A stretch of DNA of 30,029 nucleotides. It comes from a virus (Duplodnaviria; Caudoviricetes). The stretch covers positions 1 to 30,029 of the IMG/VR virus record IMGVR_UViG_3300020044_004411; one strand, 5' to 3'. How positions within the stretch are numbered: position 1 is the first letter of the stretch; every line of letters begins with the position of its first letter. The position numbers and the translations under genes are program-made. This document shows, one piece after another, positions 9,410 to 16,275 of the stretch. The notes beneath the pieces were generated by a model, which did not search any database, had not been told where the DNA came from, and worked only from the letters and a program-made list of their open reading frames with translations.

Positions 9410-10273
9410 TTAGTCTGTTTGCTCTGACAGTAGGCCCATAGTAAGGGGTAGTGTAATGCCCATTGCAGCGAGAGATGCTAAGAGGTCTTTCTCGTCAATC
9501 CTTGCGGGGTCAAAGGCGGCGAAGCGGGAACGAAGAACGGCTGGATCGGGGAAAATGTACTGCGACTGTCTGCCGCCCAAATCGTCCATGTCCTTTACTT
9601 TAATACCTGAGTAGCCCTTGGAAGGAACTTCTTTCACCAAATTTCTACGCGGCTCAGTCCCAAGCGCAGCGGCCAAGTTATCTCCTAACCATCCACCGCC
9701 AGTTTTACCTTGATCGGAAACTTCTAGCAATTTCCCCCGGTACATTAAAGGCATGACATTAGGGCCAGCGTTAACCTCTCGCAGACCTTTGTGACGACCC
9801 GTTGCGTTGGCGTAAATGTCAGCAATAGCCGGGGAGTCCGTGGCATAAACGCTTGACCGATCCGAAACTTTAAATGCGGGGAAATCGTTGACTGTTCCGT
9901 GGAACAGTTCATCATGTACAAACCCCATCGCCTTGGCCCGATCCATCGCGGTGTTGGACTCAGGAAGCCCCAGCATCTTTACTGCGTTCTGACGGGCTGT
10001 CTCCATTGCTTGGGCTTGTGGAGCGGTTTTGAGGGTCTTGGCACCTCGCATAGCCCGAGTTGCCGCAACCGGCCCAGCAGCCAAAGCCATCGAAGCATTG
10101 GCGATGTTCCGGTAAGCCTCCATCTCGGCAGGAGTGGCGTTCTCAGGAGCATCAGCCCCCAAAAGCCCACGGGTAGCCGCGCCACGAACCCCGCCGCCAA
10201 ACAGACGCTCTTTGTTGATGCGTCCGTACAGCTCTTCCATCAGCGTGAGAAGTCCCGGCATCGGCCCAGCCAT
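9410..10273 (-). CDS. ADP-ribosyltransferase-like protein (ART-PolyVal-like)
   Basis: FHGT, YATDSP.IA..YA, GPNVMP, GYSGI, QYIF.DP..LRSRFAAFDP motifs recognised from ART domains of polyvalent proteins. Confidence 0.65.
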   Translation of the reverse strand: MAGPMPGLLTLMEELYGRINKERLFGGGVRGAATRGLLGADAPENATPAEMEAYRNIANASMALAAGPVAATRAMRGAKTLKTAPQAQAMETARQNAVKMLGLPESNTAMDRAKAMGFVHDELFHGTVNDFPAFKVSDRSSVYATDSPAIADIYANATGRHKGLREVNAGPNVMPLMYRGKLLEVSDQGKTGGGWLGDNLAAALGTEPRRNLVKEVPSKGYSGIKVKDMDDLGGRQSQYIFPDPAVLRSRFAAFDPARIDEKDLLASLAAMGITLPLTMGLLSEQTD

Positions 10274-10275
10274 GA

Positions 10276-10572
10276 TTACCTCTTTTTGTTTCGCTCAGAA
10301 ATAGCCTTTGCCTTTGCTTTGGCATCGGCCTTACTGTTTGCTCCCCATGCCTTTAGGCTCAGGAGGAGTCTTGTGGGTTCGCCGTTCTTGTACTCTGGCC
10401 CCGGCATATTGCCCATCCTTGCCAAGAAAGATGCGCGTCTAGGGTTATCCCCACTCTTTACCGGGGGCTTTAGGTTGGAACCAGGGTTTTCCCGCTCATA
10501 GGACTTTCGGCCCTTTTCATTGAGGCCACCCTTGGGGTTCTTACCCTCTTTGCGAGACCAGGCGGCGCTCAT
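10276..10572 (-). CDS. Small basic phage protein (DUF6321-like)
   Basis: AW.RKEGKNPKGGLN.KGR.SY, RRASF.ARM, SL.AW motifs. Confidence 0.7.
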   Translation of the reverse strand: MSAAWSRKEGKNPKGGLNEKGRKSYERENPGSNLKPPVKSGDNPRRASFLARMGNMPGPEYKNGEPTRLLLSLKAWGANSKADAKAKAKAISERNKKR

Positions 10573-10739
10573 TTCTTTGCCGTCTTAGCAGCAGCCTTGA
10601 AAGCAGCAGCAGTCGGCGCTCCCTTTGTTCCGGGCTTTCTCATGCGCTCAGGAGTCTTGCCTGCGGCCTTCTGGCGCTCGATGCGCTCACGCTTGGCGTG
10701 GATTGCTGCATAGAGTCCGGGTGATCCTGGCTTTTTCAT
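10569..10739 (-). CDS. Small Lys/Arg-rich protein (56 aa, not in ORF track)
   Basis: MKKPGSPGLYAAIHAKRERIERQKAAGKTPERMRKPGTKGAPTAAAFKAAAKTAKK; ATGA overlaps at both ends. Confidence 0.7.
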   Translation of the reverse strand: MKKPGSPGLYAAIHAKRERIERQKAAGKTPERMRKPGTKGAPTAAAFKAAAKTAKK

Positions 10740-10885
10740 TTCTTTTTCACCCTGCGACTTTCTGCCAAGGCAATTGCGATCGCCTGCTTCGGGTTGGTGA
10801 CCTTGCTGCCAGAGCTGCTCTTGAGCTTGCCCTTGCCGTACTCAGTCATCACCTTCGAAATCTTCTTCTCCGCTTTCGTCTTCAT
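10736..10885 (-). CDS. Small basic protein (DUF6496-like, 49 aa, not in ORF track)
   Basis: MKTKAEKKISKVMTEYGKGKLKSSSGSKVTNPKQAIAIALAESRRVKKK; stop overlaps the next ATG. Confidence 0.7.
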   Translation of the reverse strand: MKTKAEKKISKVMTEYGKGKLKSSSGSKVTNPKQAIAIALAESRRVKKK

Positions 10886-11318
10886 ACTCGCCCTTTCGTG
10901 CGTTGTACTTTGCCATTTGAAGCATCTGCTTGCGCTTCTGAGTCATCTTGGTGATCGGGCCACCCGTGAGCCATGCGCTACAGGTTCGGTCTGCCGCACA
11001 CTTAAACTCGAATAGCTCACAGTAACCCAGATCAGCCGCCTCGACAACCTCGGGAGCATAGGTCTCATCGTCGGATTCTTCCTGTTGGATTCCTCCGGTG
11101 GTGCAACCCATCATCTCGGGCGTTTGAATGAAAGCAGCACAGTTCCCGCACCTCATCGACTGAGCGATCTCGGGAGTGGTGTTCCATTCCTCTGCGCGTT
11201 CGTCCCAGAAATTACCCGGGTTTTCGGGATTGGCAGGCCCGTAACCGTACTCCTCGAAGGCGTGGTTACGGTTCTTGAGGTTGACCTCTGTGTCCTGGGT
11301 GGCGATGGGGCACTTCAC
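10842..11318 (-). CDS. Cys-containing phage hypothetical protein
   Basis: GTG start coupled to the upstream stop; CPIATQD, YGP.NP, C.NC.AF, GYC....FKC...RTC..W suggest metal binding. Confidence 0.7.
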   Translation of the reverse strand: MKCPIATQDTEVNLKNRNHAFEEYGYGPANPENPGNFWDERAEEWNTTPEIAQSMRCGNCAAFIQTPEMMGCTTGGIQQEESDDETYAPEVVEAADLGYCELFEFKCAADRTCSAWLTGGPITKMTQKRKQMLQMAKYNARKGEYEDESGEEDFEGDD

Positions 11319-11470
11319 TTCTTCATCGCCTTCTGCATCTCAATGGCTTCATAGCCCTTGCCGAACTCGTCTGCCATCTTGTAAGCCTTCATGGGCTTCG
11401 TTTGATGGTACTTGCGCTTGTTCTGATTGAGATACTTTTGCATCTCTTCCACAGTCTTCTTTTTCATCAT
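11315..11470 (-). CDS. Small basic protein, first gene of the late operon (51 aa, not in ORF track)
   Basis: MMKKKTVEEMQKYLNQNKRKYHQTKPMKAYKMADEFGKGYEAIEMQKAMKK; GGAG RBS; GTGA overlap with the next gene. Confidence 0.6.
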   Translation of the reverse strand: MMKKKTVEEMQKYLNQNKRKYHQTKPMKAYKMADEFGKGYEAIEMQKAMKK

Positions 11471-11478
11471 CGCTCCAG

Positions 11479-11501
11479 AAAAAAAGGGGCACTATGGCCC
11501 C
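11479..11501 (-). terminator. Intrinsic terminator in the late-operon leader
   Basis: Minus strand GGGGC-CATAGT-GCCCC followed by T7. Confidence 0.75.
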
Positions 11502-11528
11502 ACCCCGGCAACTGCGGATTAAGGGGCA

Positions 11529-11849
11529 TCACAATTCTATATCGGGAATCGGAATGTCAATAGGCCATTTTCCCTGACTCTGTAGAGCCTGGACTGTCCT
11601 GCGGTGAGCAGCGAGCCACTTCTCCTTCCGCTCCTCTTTGGTCATCTTGTTGCCCTGGTCGATCTCCCAATGGCACTTGAGGCATAAGGCGGCGATGTGG
11701 GTGTCGCAAGCCTTGATTCCCTTTCCCTTCCCGCCTGACCAGTTCGAGTGCGCCGCTTGGGAGTTCTCATGCCCACAGCATTGGCACTGCAGCCCAGCCA
11801 CGGCTTTAAGAAGCGTCTGGCTTCGGATGTAAGTTTGCTTTTGATACAT
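11529..11849 (-). CDS. YbcO/NinG-like Zn-binding putative nuclease
   Basis: C..CG....QAAH, GKG.G.KA.D, LC..CH..ID motifs. Confidence 0.65.
   Translation of the reverse strand: MYQKQTYIRSQTLLKAVAGLQCQCCGHENSQAAHSNWSGGKGKGIKACDTHIAALCLKCHWEIDQGNKMTKEERKEKWLAAHRRTVQALQSQGKWPIDIPIPDIEL
11534..11560 (-). promoter_or_regulatory. Candidate sigma70-type late promoter
   Basis: TTGACA-15 nt-TAGAAT at the end of the upstream gene; spacer shorter than the optimal 17. Confidence 0.45.
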
Positions 11850-12309
11850 GATTCAGAAGGAGTGCCCAGACATAACCACCGCAGACCTTTGCAATGAACT
11901 GCATCAGGACAATGTGCGGCATAAGAGAACCAAACGCAATGGTTGGGAATAGGACCGAATCAACCGCAGCTCCAGCCACATTTGAGGTGTTTGCGCGCTT
12001 GAACCATGATCCGGTGACTTTGGTGAAGACGGCCCAGTCAACCACCGCCGCGCCTGTGAAGGCTATCGCAGAGGCAATGGCGATCATCTCGGCTGAGGGA
12101 TTTAGTAGATAAGTAATTCCCCCAGATGCCAAGATCAACAAGCCCATCTCGGTTGTTTTGAGTTTGACCTGGAGCCAATCCCGCAAGGCCAGGTCTAGTC
12201 CGATAAGGAAAAACGCATTGATTGGGCTTATTTTTGGCCCAAACTCTGCGATTGATAAGTTGGCGATGGTCATTGCTAGCGCATAAACGATCACTGCGAA
12301 GATAAGCAT
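11806..12309 (-). CDS. VUT/YhhQ-family transporter (candidate preQ0/preQ1 precursor transporter)
   Basis: Multi-TM; AN, LRD.LQ, IA.AS..AF...VD..VF, R...SN..GA.VDS..F..IAF motifs. Confidence 0.75.
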   Translation of the reverse strand: MLIFAVIVYALAMTIANLSIAEFGPKISPINAFFLIGLDLALRDWLQVKLKTTEMGLLILASGGITYLLNPSAEMIAIASAIAFTGAAVVDWAVFTKVTGSWFKRANTSNVAGAAVDSVLFPTIAFGSLMPHIVLMQFIAKVCGGYVWALLLNHVSKANLHPKPDAS

Positions 12310-13025
12310 AGTTCTTCCTGTTGCTGCTGAATAAAGACCGGGGTTGAGTTGTAAGACTCAATCCTGTCTGCGATCACGGTTGCCCTTTGGCCTGCCGTTG
12401 GTGGGAGATACATCCCAAATCTTGAAAGACTTCCAGAGTTGACTGCTGCGTTTGTAGAGTCCGCACTTGAGAGAGGCAGCTTCGTAAAGATGTTGGGGTC
12501 TAGCATTCGGAGTCCGTGGAGCTTGCACATTGGCCTTCCCTGGTCGTCACAAATTGCTTTCATGGCCTGACTCATTCGCCCCCACCATTGCTGAGTGCCG
12601 ACAGATGCAAACTCGCCAGAAGACCCTAAAGCAACCGTGCGGAACTTCCGCGCCAGCCATGTGAGCCTTACGGTTGGTTCGTGCATATGCCATACCGGAA
12701 CCCCAGGGAGTGCCTTGGGCCAAGTCTCGACAAGATGATCATTCTCCCTGTCTGATCCATCAATCACATCAGGAATAAGCGCCCAATCAAACCCAGGATG
12801 GCGATACCACTCACTCACCCACTTGATATACCCGTCAACATCTAAAGGCTTGCCCTGCTTCCAAGTTGTGAATGCGCCGTTATCCAGCACAAAAGACTGA
12901 CAGACATCAGCAACGATTGAGATGTCTTCTGGGTAAGCAAACGACACGAGCGCGTGTCTGCCAGGAAGAAACCGAGCGGAATCTTCCCTCTTTCCTCCTA
13001 TCGGAGTCCCGTGATAGTGAATCAT
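12291..13025 (-). CDS. TGT/DpdA-like base-exchange transglycosylase (putative)
   Basis: Start MIHYHG by ATGA overlap; LDNGAF (cf. TGT DSGG), PDVI, PVWH, ALG, HGLR, SADST align in order with TGT-fold motifs; adjacent to a VUT gene. Confidence 0.6.
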   Translation of the reverse strand: MIHYHGTPIGGKREDSARFLPGRHALVSFAYPEDISIVADVCQSFVLDNGAFTTWKQGKPLDVDGYIKWVSEWYRHPGFDWALIPDVIDGSDRENDHLVETWPKALPGVPVWHMHEPTVRLTWLARKFRTVALGSSGEFASVGTQQWWGRMSQAMKAICDDQGRPMCKLHGLRMLDPNIFTKLPLSSADSTNAAVNSGSLSRFGMYLPPTAGQRATVIADRIESYNSTPVFIQQQQEELCLSSQ

Positions 13026-13348
13026 TCTGTGGCCCTTACTTGCATTCGTGCGGAGGCCTCCTCTGACCTCCAGATGTCTACCCTCATCCTCGCAGCCTCC
13101 AGCTTCCACTTCAGCTCTTCTTCGATCTCTATGGCTTCCTGCAGGCCTTTGAGGAGTTCCTGGTACTCCGGGTGAGCATAAGCCTCTCGCTCTTGAGCAT
13201 TGGCGGCTTCGTACTTCGCCATTGCGTCTTTCATCAGAAGGGCTTTCTTGGTTTTTCTGAATTCTTCTAAGAAAACCCTCTGTGCTTTGGCTTTAGAGTA
13301 ATCCCCTGCGTTTCTGATGATGAAGTCCACCGCTGCGTTTGCGTTCAT
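13022..13348 (-). CDS. Coiled-coil phage hypothetical protein
   Basis: Likely start MNANAAVDFI; QEREAYA.PEY and DIWRSE.AS.R pattern, loosely UvsY-like. Confidence 0.6.
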   Translation of the reverse strand: MNANAAVDFIIRNAGDYSKAKAQRVFLEEFRKTKKALLMKDAMAKYEAANAQEREAYAHPEYQELLKGLQEAIEIEEELKWKLEAARMRVDIWRSEEASARMQVRATE

Positions 13349-13349
13349 T

Positions 13350-14189
13350 TCATTCCCCACAAAAACAGGCGATTGCTTCTTCTTTCGGGTCAAACATATC
13401 GGTCTGCTGCTCTGCGTATCGGGCCATCTCAGAGTAAGACGGGCGGTCATCTCTAAACCTGGCAGCAGTCCCCGCCACCGCCTCGGCTTGAGCTTCTTGT
13501 TTAGCCCACCAGATCGCCCTTTCAGGCTTTTCTGTGATGAGTGATAAGACCTGAGAAGCTGGCTTTAGATAGCAAAGATCGCAGTTCCCGTGCATGGTCT
13601 TGCCGTTGAAGTTCGGAAGCTCAAGATCAAAGCTGCTTTTCTTCCAAAAGTCTCCAACATCCATAGCCCCAACACCCTCAATGGCAAGAGGCATATGAAC
13701 CTCCTCGCCCTTGAACTCTGGTCTAGGGTTTGCCCTGAACTTCGCCACACGCCGAGGTTCGTCAGCCCGGATACCAATGAAGGTGTCCCACTCCTCCCAC
13801 CCAAGGCTCTTGAGGTAGCGATGCATCGTGCGGGTCTTCATTTCACTTGAACAGTACCGAGCGACCCGATTCGGTAGATATCCGCCGCGCTGACGAATAA
13901 CCGCCTCGAAAGGCTCCCCGTTTCGGCTGGCCCCCGAAAAGTCCACCAACTTGAACTCAGACCCCTCAAGGTACTCCACCCATGTGATCTGTACGCCCCA
14001 CTCTTTTGAGCAGCGGTCCACGAATCGAAGGGTGGCTTCGTCCTCTTTGCCAGTATTTGCAAACATTACCTTTGCATCGTCTGGCAATCCATTATTAGAT
14101 TGCAATACTCGCCACAACATATATGCACTCGTTCTTCCACCGGAAAAACTAATGCAAGTCGGGCCATTAATCTTGAATGGATCTCTCAT
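13350..14189 (-). CDS. PAPS reductase-like PP-loop (adenine nucleotide alpha hydrolase) protein
   Basis: SFSGGRTS PP-loop, FANTGKE...TL.F, C...MK, GIRADE, GNC..C.LK, C-terminal CFC; start at 14189 by ATGA overlap with RusA stop. Confidence 0.8.
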   Translation of the reverse strand: MRDPFKINGPTCISFSGGRTSAYMLWRVLQSNNGLPDDAKVMFANTGKEDEATLRFVDRCSKEWGVQITWVEYLEGSEFKLVDFSGASRNGEPFEAVIRQRGGYLPNRVARYCSSEMKTRTMHRYLKSLGWEEWDTFIGIRADEPRRVAKFRANPRPEFKGEEVHMPLAIEGVGAMDVGDFWKKSSFDLELPNFNGKTMHGNCDLCYLKPASQVLSLITEKPERAIWWAKQEAQAEAVAGTAARFRDDRPSYSEMARYAEQQTDMFDPKEEAIACFCGE

Positions 14190-14605
14190 ATTTGCACAAC
14201 ACAAACATCTACACCAGGCACAAGAGAAAATACCTTCTTTGCAGATAATCTCACGACCTGGGTATCGTCTCTATATACAATTCCATTCATTGCGTCTAAA
14301 TATGCCTTGATTATGTTATCAATATCGGGCTTCTTTGTTGGCAGCTTCTCGTTTCGGATGCAGGCCTCTGTGAGCTTTTTTGATGTGGATGCCGGTACGC
14401 CTATCCTGATGTAGAGATCGACCGATACAGGGCCTTCTAGGGGGCTTCCTGAGCCAATTGCTCGTTGTGCCCAGGCCTTGATCGTGGCCTCGTAGTCCTT
14501 GGTCTTCTGATCGGTGTAAGTTGAGACGAAATTTCCAGCCCGTCTGAACCGGGGTCGTCCTTTGCCTTGAGGTGGGCCTTCAACAGTGAATACTACGAAG
14601 CTCAT
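14186..14605 (-). CDS. rusA: RusA-family Holliday junction resolvase
   Basis: G.P.GKGRPRF, KPDIDNIIK..LDAMNG.VY.DD.QV motifs. Confidence 0.9.
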   Translation of the reverse strand: MSFVVFTVEGPPQGKGRPRFRRAGNFVSTYTDQKTKDYEATIKAWAQRAIGSGSPLEGPVSVDLYIRIGVPASTSKKLTEACIRNEKLPTKKPDIDNIIKAYLDAMNGIVYRDDTQVVRLSAKKVFSLVPGVDVCVVQI

Positions 14606-14834
14606 TCATTTTTCTCCGTAACTGCTCGGCTGAATCTTTGCCCCGTCTTTTCTCGATATTAGATATTGTGTTGCCCCACCATCCAGCTGCTGCTTCGAGG
14701 CCCCTCGTGGCTTTGATGTCGTTGAAGATTCTGATCCATTCCCGAGCTTCGCATTCCATCCTCCAGGTCTCCTGTGAGGTATAAGGCGTGGGTAATGAGT
14801 TCTCTTGGGTGGTTGGTTCCATCTTTGACTTCAT
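14580..14834 (-). CDS. Phage hypothetical protein (start uncertain, possibly 14759)
   Basis: CEAREW...IEKRRG...A..L pattern; overlaps 14659..14865 in another frame. Confidence 0.45.
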   Translation of the reverse strand: MKSKMEPTTQENSLPTPYTSQETWRMECEAREWIRIFNDIKATRGLEAAAGWWGNTISNIEKRRGKDSAEQLRRKMNELRSIHC

Positions 14835-14865
14835 TCAGAAGTTTGTGGGCTTCGTAGTAGTTCAC
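14659..14865 (-). CDS. Phage hypothetical protein
   Basis: GTGA coupling to the upstream stop; N-terminal MNYYEAHKLL..VKDG...ALYLTGDL. Confidence 0.5.
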   Translation of the reverse strand: MNYYEAHKLLNEVKDGTNHPRELITHALYLTGDLEDGMRSSGMDQNLQRHQSHEGPRSSSWMVGQHNI

Positions 14866-15260
14866 GACATTCTCATCCGTTCTGCCAGCTTTTTTGACAT
14901 TTCTTTGAACAAAGCAATGTTCTTTTCTCTTTCTTCTTTTTCTTTTGCAAGTTCTTCTTTCGTTTTTTGATGCTCGATCATTGAGTCTGGCTTGTCTGGG
15001 ATTCTTGGCCCATCAAGAAGGAGTTTTGCAAACGCTAGAGCTGATGGAGGTTTGTCAGGATTCATGTTGCGGAGCGCATAGTCCATCTTTGGCCGATAAG
15101 TAAGCAAGCGGCCACAAGCCTCCTTCCATGTCTGCCTTACGATGTCAGGATCAACATTGCGCCAGTTGTGCTCGAATGCTGCTCCGTAGATCGCATTCAT
15201 CTTGGTAAAAACATAATCAAACCCCGCATCTGGATCACAGAAGTCGTTTTGGTTCCACAT
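14862..15260 (-). CDS. Replication-associated hypothetical protein (lambda P position)
   Basis: Directly follows the initiator; F..M.AIYG..F...W and PPS...F..L pattern. Confidence 0.5.
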   Translation of the reverse strand: MWNQNDFCDPDAGFDYVFTKMNAIYGAAFEHNWRNVDPDIVRQTWKEACGRLLTYRPKMDYALRNMNPDKPPSALAFAKLLLDGPRIPDKPDSMIEHQKTKEELAKEKEEREKNIALFKEMSKKLAERMRMS

Positions 15261-16008
15261 TTGGAATCACCTCCGTAGTTTCTTGCTTTGACCAAAAAGG
15301 CTTTGGCTTAGGAACAGACAGGCCTCGAGTCAGTTCAGCCATCTGGTTCCTGCGCTCCTCAACTGCGTTTGCTTTTGGAGCCTTTTGGCTCCGCACCCAA
15401 TTTCGCCATGTTGCATCCCAGTCAGTCTTGACTCCCTTCTGCCCAGGCTGCGCGATCCAGTAGTCCCTAAAGCTCTCGAACACTTCCCTCGGCACAAGCT
15501 CTGGCCGCTTCTCCTTGCAGAATTCAGACCACTCTGGAGGAAATGGATAGAGGGGGTCAAGGCGCGTTCCGCGCACAACCTTTGGTTTATGGTTAATGGT
15601 TAATGGTTCATGGTTTATGGTTGCTATTGGGGTGTCATTAGGGTGGCTATGGGGTGGGCATGGGGTGGCTATAGGGGGGGCATCTGAAGTGGTTGATTTG
15701 TCTTGTCCCCACCTCTTTTCAGCGCCTCGTTTGCCAGCGTCCTTCATGGCCTTGTAAGCCTCGATCTCGCGGTCTGCGCGGGGGTTGATGTACCCAACAT
15801 CCGTGGACACGAAGAACTCTTCAAGGACAGAAAGGACTTCTTGCTCGCAATCGCGCATCCCGATCTGTCTGGCGATTTCGCGCTGCTTGATCGGTTGTTC
15901 GTGCAGGTAGTAGAAGTCCAGCAGTCGCCGGTAGGCCAGATCCTCAGTGTGGTTGAGGTGGCGCGTGTGGGACGCATAGTCCCCGATATGGAACTGGTAG
16001 TAACGCAT
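15235..16008 (-). CDS. DUF1376/YdaU-family replication initiator
   Basis: YYQFHIGDY...T.HL...E..AYRRLLD.YY N-terminus; F.DYW...K.DW.ATWRNW C-terminal domain; internal DNA repeats. Confidence 0.85.
   Translation of the reverse strand: MRYYQFHIGDYASHTRHLNHTEDLAYRRLLDFYYLHEQPIKQREIARQIGMRDCEQEVLSVLEEFFVSTDVGYINPRADREIEAYKAMKDAGKRGAEKRWGQDKSTTSDAPPIATPCPPHSHPNDTPIATINHEPLTINHKPKVVRGTRLDPLYPFPPEWSEFCKEKRPELVPREVFESFRDYWIAQPGQKGVKTDWDATWRNWVRSQKAPKANAVEERRNQMAELTRGLSVPKPKPFWSKQETTEVIPNVEPKRLL
15583..15683. repeat. Iteron-like repeats, candidate replication origin
   Basis: Six tandem 7-mers TGGTT(T/A/C/G)(A/C) at 15583-15624, then about five imperfect 11-mers like GGCTATGGGGT, inside the initiator gene. 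Confidence 0.65.
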
Positions 16009-16033
16009 TTCGACCCTTTAACAGACCCTAAAG

Positions 16034-16100
16034 GAAACCATCGGCAGGCGGGGTCTAACGCTTTTCGGGAGGCTCATGACTTCCTCCCTAGCCGGGTTTC
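16034..16100 (-). ncRNA. Structured leader RNA upstream of the replication gene (C4-like architecture)
   Basis: Nested stems GAAACC/GGTTTC, CGGC/GCCG, GGAGG/CCTCC, GCG/CGC; loop AGACCC complementary to downstream GGGTCT and GGGTC. Confidence 0.55.
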
Positions 16101-16113
16101 GCAACACTTTACA

Positions 16114-16275
16114 TCAGTTGCAAGTGGTCGTGCAAGTCCTGTACGGCTCTTGGCCGTGGCAGCAAGTCGTGCAAGTGATGATCTTGCCGTTGACGATCAT
16201 TGTATGAGTCGTGCAAGCGGCATGAGCATTAGCTCCCAGAAGAAGCAGGGAGCAGACAACAGCGAGTTTTTTCAT
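16114..16275 (-). CDS. Small secreted Cys-rich peptide (53 aa, not in ORF track)
   Basis: MKKLAVVCSLLLLGANAHA-ACTTHTMIVNGKIITCTTCCHGQEPYRTCTTTCN; ATGA overlap with the Cro-like stop; signal peptide with AHA cleavage motif. Confidence 0.7.
   Translation of the reverse strand: MKKLAVVCSLLLLGANAHAACTTHTMIVNGKIITCTTCCHGQEPYRTCTTTCN

Noticed and set aside
11500-11530. preQ1-I riboswitch (loop CGCAGUUGCC loosely resembles one; near the VUT gene)
   Set aside because: No A-rich 3' tail after the stem, and it lies downstream rather than upstream of the transporter
13026-13109. N-terminal extension of the TGT-like ORF (also extensions given for the ORFs at 13450, 14204, 16492, 16508, 19354 and 22289)
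   Set aside because: Downstream starts with stop/start overlaps or better RBS/promoter context fit better
13350-14189. Sulfate-assimilation auxiliary gene (cysH) or Dnd phosphorothioation system
   Set aside because: Only the PP-loop fold is supported; no CysH C-terminal ECGLH motif and no other dnd genes in the window
15583-15683. CRISPR-like array
   Set aside because: Short tandem repeats without unique spacers, inside a CDS; no cas genes
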